A stretch of DNA of 64,000 nt, taken from NCBI GenBank assembly GCA_965205465.1, contig OZ242187.1, forward strand, positions 2,006,244-2,070,243, given 5' to 3'. The notes under the pieces are model-generated. The model ran no database searches, was not told where the DNA came from, and worked only from the letters and a program-made list of their open reading frames with translations. The position numbers and the translations under genes were made by a program. Below, in pieces: positions 8,801 through 15,327 of the stretch; the first letter of the stretch is position 1; each line of letters starts with the position of its first letter. The DNA is from Candidatus Aldehydirespiratoraceae bacterium. GTDB taxonomy: Bacteria > Actinomycetota > Acidimicrobiia > Acidimicrobiales > Aldehydirespiratoraceae.

Positions 8801-9133
8801 GTAAGCATTGGCCATAAACGCGGCCATTTCCGAACGAGTCATCTCATCGCCAGGACGGTAGGTGTCACCAGCCTCGGAGATACCCAATTCTAGAAGACAT
8901 GCGATGTCGTCGGCGTGCGTGGTGCCCGCGACGACATCCGAATAGTTGTCGGCGCCATCAGATGGGCACGAACTACCGCCGGACTGCGCGGTCGCTGTGA
9001 CCGTGGCCAAACCGAGACTGCCCGCGACGACGACAAAGGCCACCGCCATGCGCACTAGGCGAAGCACACTCAACCGAATCGATCGGTTCGGCACCTTCAC
9101 CGGCACTCCCTTTCCCGTTACTGCTGAACTCAT
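5807..9133 (-). CDS. secreted cell-surface protein: signal peptide, 3 SLH domains, 8 fibronectin type III domains
   Basis: Signal peptide 'VAFVVVAGSLGLATVTATAQ'. Three SLH units of the type 'FTDI...TTGTT.TTYSP...VTR.QMA.F..R.Y'. Eight repeats of the FN3 pattern '...L.VSWTAP.DDGGS.ITGY.V..R'. Confidence 0.9.
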   Translation of the reverse strand: MSSAVTGKGVPVKVPNRSIRLSVLRLVRMAVAFVVVAGSLGLATVTATAQSGGSSCPSDGADNYSDVVAGTTHADDIACLLELGISEAGDTYRPGDEMTRSEMAAFMANAYQALTGEEAPIADHEFTDIADDTNADDIARISPNGLAITTGTTPTTYSPDDPVIRGHMALFLTRLYKAVAGDDAPTGDTEFTDIGERSPEEQTAIGQIFALEVTTGTTDTTYSPSNNVTREQMGSFVARMYRALDALPEAEQAEAPGVPTGVEVAISGDAGDALDVSWTAPDESGTSDVTGYVVQSKSGDDDYSADDEASVDGTSTNFGGLTQGDTYTFRVAAVSDDGRSDWSDEGSGNPAVAPGLVGELTSTPGNSTLVLSWTAPEDDGGSAITGYVVSWRTGRQASAETADVAGDATGYTVSGLRNSLNYSVWVAAVNAAGTGEPASVPAGTDSVSVSPTPTASTAPQNVTVTQAPAPATPGEALAVSWTAPADDGGTVLLNYTIENRCGDTGAWGNTQPVPNVATRQLQATVITGLTTGDACEVRVRANSYNDANDNDGQDGDEETLNGPWAEGSGTPVTLPDAPGDAPEVTTAHQSLQITWVAPADDGGSDVTGYKVIWSAGIPAEATVPAEPRMYTITGLDNQYEYAVTIKTITAVGESMAESAAGTGNPDPVPAAPTNVNAVPPPVVAGEEDDHSGTTLVVTWNAPSSNGTSAVTGYNVQRRTSVVLDDDGEVETEPGDWGNDAAVAAPMTTVTLTGLENGTDYDVRVQAQNDSDPNMVGVQPQAGPFGVGSGTPATLPGAVAQGSTTLVVPGYTSLDVLWAEPADGGSDITHYLVRYALNVTGNEPFSSDRRVNAPLTRVNLTGLAVGVPYVIQIQAVNGIGTGPNAETDFTQSTGLYPSAPASVTAVPMVDGDGTMLTVTWSKVTQSNGTGPISSYVVEILNTTNPAPWTGVTFQAVDLTDTKAEVTVADGDTYLVRVRAVSGTNGSFGYLAGTVTAAGVPTPPVDVTAVVDEATGSTVNVEWTSIPENTETDITGYVVAWFNASDPITGSRSAAAVSGAGTGEYTITGLNAGTYTVTVVAVNHVGKSTPGMPTGVAGTATGPPIVPEPD

Positions 9134-9556
9134 TGCTGCTCCATTCTTGGTTGGATTGTCTGGCTCTTCGCAGACACCAGTCGAAATCTAGCGGTTAACT
9201 GCACCCGGCACCTTGCTGGGACACAGAAAACACCTATCACGATCGGCACGCAAAGGTTAGCGCAGGCCGATTTCTAACACAACCCAACCCCCAAGTCAAA
9301 GACATAGGGGCCGGAAGAGGCGTCAGAATCGCTAGGTGTCGGTAAGAAACCGCACATGTAATCAAGGCCCTCAGCATAACGCCACAATTGAATACGCGCC
9401 ATGCTTTCACGGACTAACTGACCCACCTTTCTTCCTGTTGAGGATTCTGGAGTCAGGGCGGGGGCTCGGCAAGAGGCCGTTACGCTGTGCGGAAGCGGCC
9501 CCCTGGTCGCCGCGGGACACTGATTTTCAGCCCGTCGACAACACGTCAATCAACCC

Positions 9557-10471
9557 ATGGAAAGCCTTGTGATCCGACTCCCAGCACTCCCCTATCCCCA
9601 AGACGCCCTCGCCCCGCATATCAGCGAACGAACCATGGGACTCCACTACGGCAAACACCACGCCGGCTACGTGGCCAACCTCAACAAACTCCTTAGCGGT
9701 GGGGCCGGCAAGGTCGGGAACACTGTGGGGGCCTCAGGTGGCTTCTCCAATGGCGTTGGTGGTGGGGCTGTTGGTGCGGGTGGCCGTGGGGCCGGCGGCG
9801 GGGGTGGCCGTGGGGCCGGCGGCGGGGGTGGCCGTGGGGCCGGCGGCGGGGGTGACCGTGGGGCCGGCGGCGGGGGTGACCGTGGGGCCGGCGGCGGGGG
9901 TGACCGTGGGGCCGGCGGCGGGGGTGGCCGTGGGGCCGGGGGTGCGGGGGTGAGCCTTGAGACGCTTATTACTACCCCCGGGCCGGTTGCGGTGTTCAAC
10001 AACGCCGCCCAGATCTGGAACCACACCTTCTACTGGCAATCCATGAGCCCCGACGGCGGAGGCGACCCGAGCGGAGAACTCGCCTCGGCCATCACCTCCA
10101 GCTTCGGGTCTGTCGACACGTTGCGGGACGAGCTGACCGCCGCGGCGACCCGCAACTTCGCGTCCGGCTGGACCTGGCTCGTGCGCCTTGGTTCTGGTGG
10201 TGCTGGGGATGGCGGTGCTGGGGATGGCGGTGCTGGGGATGGCGGTGCTGGGGATGGCGGTGCTGGGGGCGGTGGTGCTGGGGAGCTGGCCGTCATCAAC
10301 ACCAACGATGCCGACAACCCACTGGTGAGCGGGCACCAACCACTGCTCACGATCGACATCTGGGAACACGCCTACTACCTCGACTACCAGAACGCTCGGC
10401 CCGCCTACATCGCCACGTTCCTCGAGCACCTTATTAATTGGGACTTCGCAGCAGCCAACTACGCCGCCTGA
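9557..10471 (+). CDS. sodA: Fe/Mn superoxide dismutase with two glycine-rich tandem-repeat insertions
   Basis: 'LPALPYPQDALAPHIS..T...HYGKHH..YV.NLN', 'FNNAAQIWNHTFYW' and 'DIWEHAYYLDYQNARPAY' are canonical Fe/Mn-SOD motifs. They are interrupted by a stretch of about 80 aa and one of about 30 aa rich in Gly. Confidence 0.9.
   Translation: MESLVIRLPALPYPQDALAPHISERTMGLHYGKHHAGYVANLNKLLSGGAGKVGNTVGASGGFSNGVGGGAVGAGGRGAGGGGGRGAGGGGGRGAGGGGDRGAGGGGDRGAGGGGDRGAGGGGGRGAGGAGVSLETLITTPGPVAVFNNAAQIWNHTFYWQSMSPDGGGDPSGELASAITSSFGSVDTLRDELTAAATRNFASGWTWLVRLGSGGAGDGGAGDGGAGDGGAGDGGAGGGGAGELAVINTNDADNPLVSGHQPLLTIDIWEHAYYLDYQNARPAYIATFLEHLINWDFAAANYAA
9779..9946 (+). repeat. 7 x 24-bp in-frame tandem repeat (GRGAGGGG / DRGAGGGG) inside sod
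   Basis: Units GGTG[G/A]CCGTGGGGCCGGCGGCGGG read directly. There are three G-type, three A-type and one degenerate copy. Confidence 0.95.
10199..10288 (+). repeat. 6 x 15-bp in-frame tandem repeat (GAGDG) inside sod
   Basis: GGTGCTGGGGATGGC occurs as 4 perfect copies followed by 2 degenerate copies. Confidence 0.95.
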
Positions 10472-10503
10472 ACCGGCCGAGTCTTCCTGGGCCATTGCTG
10501 CCT

Positions 10504-10700
10504 GAGCCTTCCTAGTCATCCGACGCTACGTCAGCCACCAGAGCCGACCGAGCCTTCCTAGTCATCCCGACGCTACGTCAGCCACCAGAGCCGACCGAGC
10601 CTTCCTAGTCATCCCGACGCTACGTCAGCCACCAGAGCCGACCGAGCCTTCCTAGGAGAACCACGCCGCCTGAGAACTACGCCGCCTGAGAACTACGCCG
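10504..10700. repeat. intergenic tandem arrays: about 3 x 47/48 bp, then about 2.5 x 16 bp
   Basis: GAGCCTTCCTAGTCATCC(C)GACGCTACGTCAGCCACCAGAGCCGACC occurs 3 times (10504-10646). It is followed by CTGAGAACTACGCCGC units that copy the last codons plus stop of sod (AACTACGCCGCCTGA). Confidence 0.9.
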
Positions 10701-10727
10701 CTGCGTAGGCGAGGCGTGTGGTGTGTG

Positions 10728-10790
10728 GGGCGAGGCGTATCACAGAACGTGCTGTTGTAGTGTCACAGGGTATGTGATAGCTTGACGAGC
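10728..10790 (+). repeat. left copy of an imperfect ~60-nt direct repeat flanking ORF 10856..11194
   Basis: GGGCGAGG..TATCACAGAAC.T..TGT...GTGTCA.AGGG..TGTG.TAG is shared with 11251-11318. It contains the inverted 7-mers TATCACA / TGTGATA. Confidence 0.55.
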
Positions 10791-10855
10791 AACGACAACC
10801 GGTCCTAATCGTGCCGCCTTGGCGGAGGGCGTGTTAGGTTCACGAAAGGACAACA

Positions 10856-11194
10856 ATGGAGCCATCCGTGATCGTAGGGATCATCAGCGTTATTGGAACA
10901 TTAGTGGTCTTCGTGTGCGGCTACTTCCTCAGGGATGTGAGCACGAAGATCGACAAGCTCGACAAGAAGATCGACAAGCTCGACGAGAAAGTCAACACGA
11001 AGATCGACAAGCTCGACGAGAAAGTCAACACGAAGATCGACAAGCTCGACGAGAAAGTCAACACGTTGACAGCGAGCGTCGCGGCGATAGCGGCGACCCA
11101 AGCGGAGCACGGCAGCAAACTCCAGCACATGATGGGGCACGGGGAGCGCATCAGCGCACTCGAAGGTGCCACCTTCGGAACCGCCGCTACCTAG
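10856..11194 (+). CDS. small membrane-anchored coiled-coil protein with KIDKLDEKVNT repeats
   Basis: N-terminal TM segment 'VIVGIISVIGTLVVFVCGYF', then 11-aa heptad-like repeats. AAAGGA lies upstream of the ATG. Confidence 0.6.
   Translation: MEPSVIVGIISVIGTLVVFVCGYFLRDVSTKIDKLDKKIDKLDEKVNTKIDKLDEKVNTKIDKLDEKVNTLTASVAAIAATQAEHGSKLQHMMGHGERISALEGATFGTAAT
10945..11064 (+). repeat. about 3.6 x 33-bp in-frame tandem repeat
   Basis: AAGATCGACAAGCTCGACGAGAAAGTCAACACG occurs 3 times perfectly (10966-11064), with a partial copy before. Confidence 0.9.
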
Positions 11195-11250
11195 TTCATC
11201 AGGCCTTGGCGCGGCTTGGCAATCGCCCGCTGGGTGGGCCAGGCATGCTT

Positions 11251-11318
11251 GGGCGAGGAATATCACAGAACATATTGTGATTGTGTCATAGGGGCTGTGT
11301 TAGTGTGATACACATCAA
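11251..11318 (+). repeat. right copy of the imperfect direct repeat flanking ORF 10856..11194
   Basis: See 10728-10790. By-eye identity is about 70%, with the same TATCACA...TGTGATA inverted 7-mers. Confidence 0.55.
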
Positions 11319-11377
11319 CAATAGATCTGAGTCGTCTCGCCATACCGGGGGATCCGTCTGAGGTCAGGTGCTGGAGC

Positions 11378-12415
11378 TCAGCTCGTCCAGGACTTGACCT
11401 TCTCTATAAGGGCCAGCGGGTCGCCGCCGACCGGGGTGACCTGTAGACGAGTAACGCCGGCCGCGGCATACGCCTCCACACGCTCCCGGACCCGGCCCTC
11501 GTCGCCGACCATCGCCGTGGCATCAAGGTAATCCTGAGGGACCGCAGCCATCGCCTCATCCTTACGGCCTGAAAGGTACAGATCCTGAATCTCGTGTGCT
11601 TCTTGTTCATAGCCGTACTGACAGAAGAGATTGTTGTAGAAGTTCTGATCCCTCGAACCCATACCCCCCACATACAACGCCACCATGAAACGGGCGCCGT
11701 CACGAATCTTCTGCGCCTGCGGCTCATCACAAATCGAAACCAAGCCGCCGGCCACGACCTCCAACGGGCCCAGAGCCGGATCACGCTTGGCCATGCCCTT
11801 CGCCAACACGTCGCTCCAAACCGAGCGCGCCTTGTCGGGATGGAAGAACACCGGAATCCAACCGTCGGCAATCTCGGCAGTCACCGCAACATTGTTCGGA
11901 CCAAGCGACGCAATATATATAGGTATGTTCGAACGCTTCGGATGGTTGATCAACTTGAGCGGCTTACCCAGACCCGTGCCCTGGTCGGGCGGGAGCGGCA
12001 GCTGGTAGCTCGGGCCGTCGTGCACCACGACCTCACGGCGCCACACCTTGCGACAAATCTCGATCAACTCACGCTGGCGACCAACCGGGCGGTCATAGGG
12101 CACGCCATGCCAACCCTCGATCACCTGAGGACCCGAAGCGCCAATACCGAGAATGAAACGACCATCGGACACCGCATCAAGGCCGGCCGCAGTCATCGCC
12201 GTGAGAGTCGGCGTGCGCGAATAGATAGGCAGGATGCTCGAACCGAGCTCCATGGTCTCGGTCTTAGCCGCTAGATAACCGAGAATGCTGACCGCGTCGA
12301 AGCTGTACAGCTCCGCCACCCAGCCAACATCGATCCCGGCGGATTCCAGATCCCGGGCTTGCTCGGCCGCAGCCTTCGGATCGCCGGAGTAATTGAGTGT
12401 CATCGACAGCTTCAT
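11378..12415 (-). CDS. LLM-class (luciferase-like) F420-dependent oxidoreductase
   Basis: 'MKLSMTLNYSGDP...AE.LG.D..WV.E.Y..DA.S.LG.LAA.T....LGS.I......RTP...AM.AA.LD..S.GRF.LG.G.S' is typical of the TIGR03559-like LLM family. The ATG is at 12415. Confidence 0.85.
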   Translation of the reverse strand: MKLSMTLNYSGDPKAAAEQARDLESAGIDVGWVAELYSFDAVSILGYLAAKTETMELGSSILPIYSRTPTLTAMTAAGLDAVSDGRFILGIGASGPQVIEGWHGVPYDRPVGRQRELIEICRKVWRREVVVHDGPSYQLPLPPDQGTGLGKPLKLINHPKRSNIPIYIASLGPNNVAVTAEIADGWIPVFFHPDKARSVWSDVLAKGMAKRDPALGPLEVVAGGLVSICDEPQAQKIRDGARFMVALYVGGMGSRDQNFYNNLFCQYGYEQEAHEIQDLYLSGRKDEAMAAVPQDYLDATAMVGDEGRVRERVEAYAAAGVTRLQVTPVGGDPLALIEKVKSWTS

Positions 12416-12474
12416 CGTCTTTGTGCTTTCAGTTCGGTTGTGTGGTCGGGGGGTTCGGTTGATTTCCGGGAGGA

Positions 12475-12519
12475 CAACTATTGTCAGTGTTGGCGACAAT
12501 AGTTGCCCCGCCGTAGTGT
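12475..12519 (+). promoter_or_regulatory. perfect 11-bp inverted repeat (candidate operator) overlapping a candidate promoter
   Basis: CAACTATTGTC (12475-12485), a 9-nt spacer, then GACAATAGTTG (12495-12505). TTGGCG (12490-12495) lies 18 nt before TAGTGT (12514-12519). The site is in the divergent spacer between the LLM gene and the arylsulfatase gene. Confidence 0.4.
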
Positions 12520-12560
12520 CACACCGTTAACCAATACTGGCAACCACCCCTGCCGACCAA

Positions 12561-12612
12561 CCCTGTCCTTAAACCCTGTCCTTAAACCCTGTCCTTAAAC
12601 CCTGTCCACAAA
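12561..12612. repeat. 4 x 13-bp tandem repeat CCCTGTCCTTAAA upstream of the arylsulfatase
   Basis: Three perfect copies plus the variant CCCTGTCCACAAA. Confidence 0.9.
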
Positions 12613-12657
12613 CACGGACGACCGACAAGCTCAACTCACAAGTCAGGAGAACAACTC

Positions 12658-15141
12658 GTGCAGCAATACGGCGAATGGCAAGGAACCATCGGCAAGACCC
12701 TCGCCGAATCCCAACCGTGGTTCCCCGAACCGCCCCACCCCGGCGAAGACGCCCCCAACGTCGTCATCGTGTTGCTCGACGACCTCGGCTTCGCACAACT
12801 CGGCTGCTACGGATCCGACATCGACACCCCCAACATCGACGCACTCGCCGCCGGCGGCCTCCGCTACACCAACTTCCACGTCACCCCACTGTGCTCACCA
12901 ACCCGAGCCGCACTGCTCACCGGACGCAACCACCACAGCGTCGGCATGCGAGGCGTGTCGAACTTCAACACCGGCTTCCCCAACATGACCGGACACATCT
13001 CCAATCACGCCGCCACGCTTGCCGAAGTACTCCACGACGAAGGCTACGCAACCTTCGCCGTCGGCAAATGGCACCTCGCCCCAATGGAAGAATGCAGCGC
13101 TGCCGGACCCATGGACCAATGGCCCCTACAACGCGGCTTCGACCGCTACTACGGGTTCCTCGAAGGCGAAACCGACCAATTCAGCCCCTCCCTCACCTAC
13201 GACAACCACCCCATCGAACCTCCAGGCCGGGCCGAAGACGGATACCACGTCAGCGAAGACTTGATAGATAGAGCCACCGGCTTCGTGCACGACACCAAAA
13301 GCGTGCGACCCGACCGGCCTTTCTTCTTGTATGTGGCGTTCGGGGCGACCCATGCCCCGCATCAGGCGCCGGCCGAATACCTCGAGAAATACCGCGGGCG
13401 CTACGACGAGGGCTGGAACGTCGTGCGGGCCCGCTGGTTCGCCAACCAACTCGACATGGGAGTGATTCCTGCGGGGACGGCTCTGGCGCCGCGCAACCCC
13501 GGAGTCGAACCCTGGGACGACCTACCTACGAACCAACAAGCGCTGGCATGCCGCCTGCAAGAAGCCTTCGCCGCTTTCCTAGACCACACCGATGCCCAAA
13601 TCGGACGGCTAGTCGACGACTTGGAGGCGCTCGGGGAACTCGACAACACCATCATCATGGTGTTGGGCGACAACGGCGCGTCACAAGAAGGAGGACCGTT
13701 CGGGGTGCTCCACGAGATGAAATTCTTCAACGGGATCCTCGAGACGCCCGACGAGGCGGTGGCGCACCTCGACGAGATCGGCGGGCCACACTCCCACACC
13801 AACTACCCCTGGGGCTGGGCGCAAGTCGGCAACACCCCATTCAAGTGGTACAAGCAAAACACGCATGAAGGCGGAGTGCATGTCCCCTTGGTGGTGCATT
13901 GGCCCACCGGTCTTGCCGGCGGTTCGGGTGGTCTGGGCGGGGGCGTGGCGCGGGGGGCCGATGCGGGTGGGATTCGGCCACAGTTCCACCATGTCAACGA
14001 TCTCGCCGCCACGATCTATGACCTTATACATATACAACCGCCCGCTGTGCGGCGAGGTCTCGAGCAGATTCCGATCAGCGGGACCTCCCTCGCCTACACG
14101 TTCGCCGATGCTGGGGCCCCCACCCGCAAAGAGATCCAGTACTTCGAGATGGCCGGGCATCGCGGGCTCTGGCACGACGGCTGGAAAGCCGTGACCCGCC
14201 ACGAACCCGGAGTCCCCTTCGACAACGACACCTGGGAGCTGTACCACACCGACGCCGACCCCTCCGAATGCAACGACCTCGCCGCCTCCATGCCCGAGAA
14301 GCTTGAGGAGATGATCGCGCTGTGGTGGCAGGAGGCCGAGACGCATGGCGTGCTGCCCCTCGACGAACGGATGTTGGAACTCTTTGCGGTGCGCTTCCGT
14401 GACTGCTCACCGCACCCCGTCGACAAGACCTACCGCTACTACCCGCCGGTGTCGCCGATGGGGAGCCAATCCGCCGTGCCCGTCGGCGGCCGCAGTTGGA
14501 ACCTGACCGCTTCGGTTACCTGTGGTGATGGTGGTGGTGGTTCTGGTTCTGGTGGCGGTGGTGGTGGCGGTTCTGATGGTGGTGATGGTGGCGGTGGTGA
14601 TGGTGGTTCTGGTGGTTCTGGTTCTGGTGGCGGTGGTGATGGTGGTTCTGGTTCTGGTGGTTCTGGTTCTGGTGGCGGTGGTGATGGTGGTTCTGGTTCT
14701 GGTGGTGGGGACGGCCGTGACGGGGTGCTGTTTGCCACCGGGACTGAGAACGCCGGTTTCTCTATCTTCTTGGACGACGGGTATCTGGTGTTCGACTACA
14801 ACGCCTTCGACGACCACACCATCGTTCGCTCGAGTGCTGCTGTCAGTGCGGGGGATCACAAGCTCGGTCTCGAATTCCACCGAGGGCCATCCCGAACCGC
14901 GCAAGCCCGGCTGTTGATTGACGGCGAAGTGGTCGGTGAGGGGCACATCCCGTGGATCATGGCCACGATCTCCTCGGTCGGACCCAGCGTGGGCTACGAC
15001 GCCGGCTCTCCCGTCAGCCGCGCCTACACCGACCCCAACCCCTTCACCGGCAAGCTGCACGAAGTCGAGATCCAACTGCTGTCGCGCGAAGACATCGAAA
15101 CCCTCCGGGCCCAAGCCCGCGCCGAACTCAGCCGCCAGTAG
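12658..15141 (+). CDS. arylsulfatase (formylglycine-dependent sulfatase family) with a Gly/Ser/Asp-rich insertion
   Basis: 'VVIVLLDDLGF...GCYGS.I.TPNIDALA..GLRYTNFHVTPLCSPTRAALLTGRNHH' carries the CxPxR sulfatase signature. AGGAGA lies upstream of GTG 12658. Confidence 0.9.
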   Translation: MQQYGEWQGTIGKTLAESQPWFPEPPHPGEDAPNVVIVLLDDLGFAQLGCYGSDIDTPNIDALAAGGLRYTNFHVTPLCSPTRAALLTGRNHHSVGMRGVSNFNTGFPNMTGHISNHAATLAEVLHDEGYATFAVGKWHLAPMEECSAAGPMDQWPLQRGFDRYYGFLEGETDQFSPSLTYDNHPIEPPGRAEDGYHVSEDLIDRATGFVHDTKSVRPDRPFFLYVAFGATHAPHQAPAEYLEKYRGRYDEGWNVVRARWFANQLDMGVIPAGTALAPRNPGVEPWDDLPTNQQALACRLQEAFAAFLDHTDAQIGRLVDDLEALGELDNTIIMVLGDNGASQEGGPFGVLHEMKFFNGILETPDEAVAHLDEIGGPHSHTNYPWGWAQVGNTPFKWYKQNTHEGGVHVPLVVHWPTGLAGGSGGLGGGVARGADAGGIRPQFHHVNDLAATIYDLIHIQPPAVRRGLEQIPISGTSLAYTFADAGAPTRKEIQYFEMAGHRGLWHDGWKAVTRHEPGVPFDNDTWELYHTDADPSECNDLAASMPEKLEEMIALWWQEAETHGVLPLDERMLELFAVRFRDCSPHPVDKTYRYYPPVSPMGSQSAVPVGGRSWNLTASVTCGDGGGGSGSGGGGGGGSDGGDGGGGDGGSGGSGSGGGGDGGSGSGGSGSGGGGDGGSGSGGGDGRDGVLFATGTENAGFSIFLDDGYLVFDYNAFDDHTIVRSSAAVSAGDHKLGLEFHRGPSRTAQARLLIDGEVVGEGHIPWIMATISSVGPSVGYDAGSPVSRAYTDPNPFTGKLHEVEIQLLSREDIETLRAQARAELSRQ
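14524..14715 (+). repeat. in-frame low-complexity GGT/TCT/GAT repeat tract (about 62 aa of G/S/D) inside the sulfatase
   Basis: Repeated GGTGGTTCTGGTTCTGGTGGCGGTGGTGAT-type units read directly. Confidence 0.85.
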
Positions 15142-15327
15142 CCCCGCCCCCCTGCCCCTTGCGAGCGGCTACACGCCCAGGGGCGACCACATTGGAGCGA
15201 GGGACTACGGATACCGCTCCGGACCGGGCAGATACCCGGTCGGTGTCGTAGGCCGTGTATACAGTTGTATCGACCAACGCGGTGTGTCTCAGCGACTTGT
15301 ACCGCCCCAAAAAAGGACCTGCTGATC

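Noticed and set aside
9667-10519. Pro-rich or Gly/Ala/Thr-rich ORFs (9667..10026, 9734..10519, 10030..10359, 9699..9953) overlapping sod
   Set aside because: They are products of reading the GC-rich tandem repeats in other frames or on the other strand. The sod frame carries the conserved motifs.
14407-15114. Minus-strand ORFs (14407..15114, 14439..14738) and plus-strand 14522..14917 within the sulfatase
   Set aside because: They are alternative-frame readings of the G/S/D repeat tract. The sulfatase frame is continuous and conserved on both sides.
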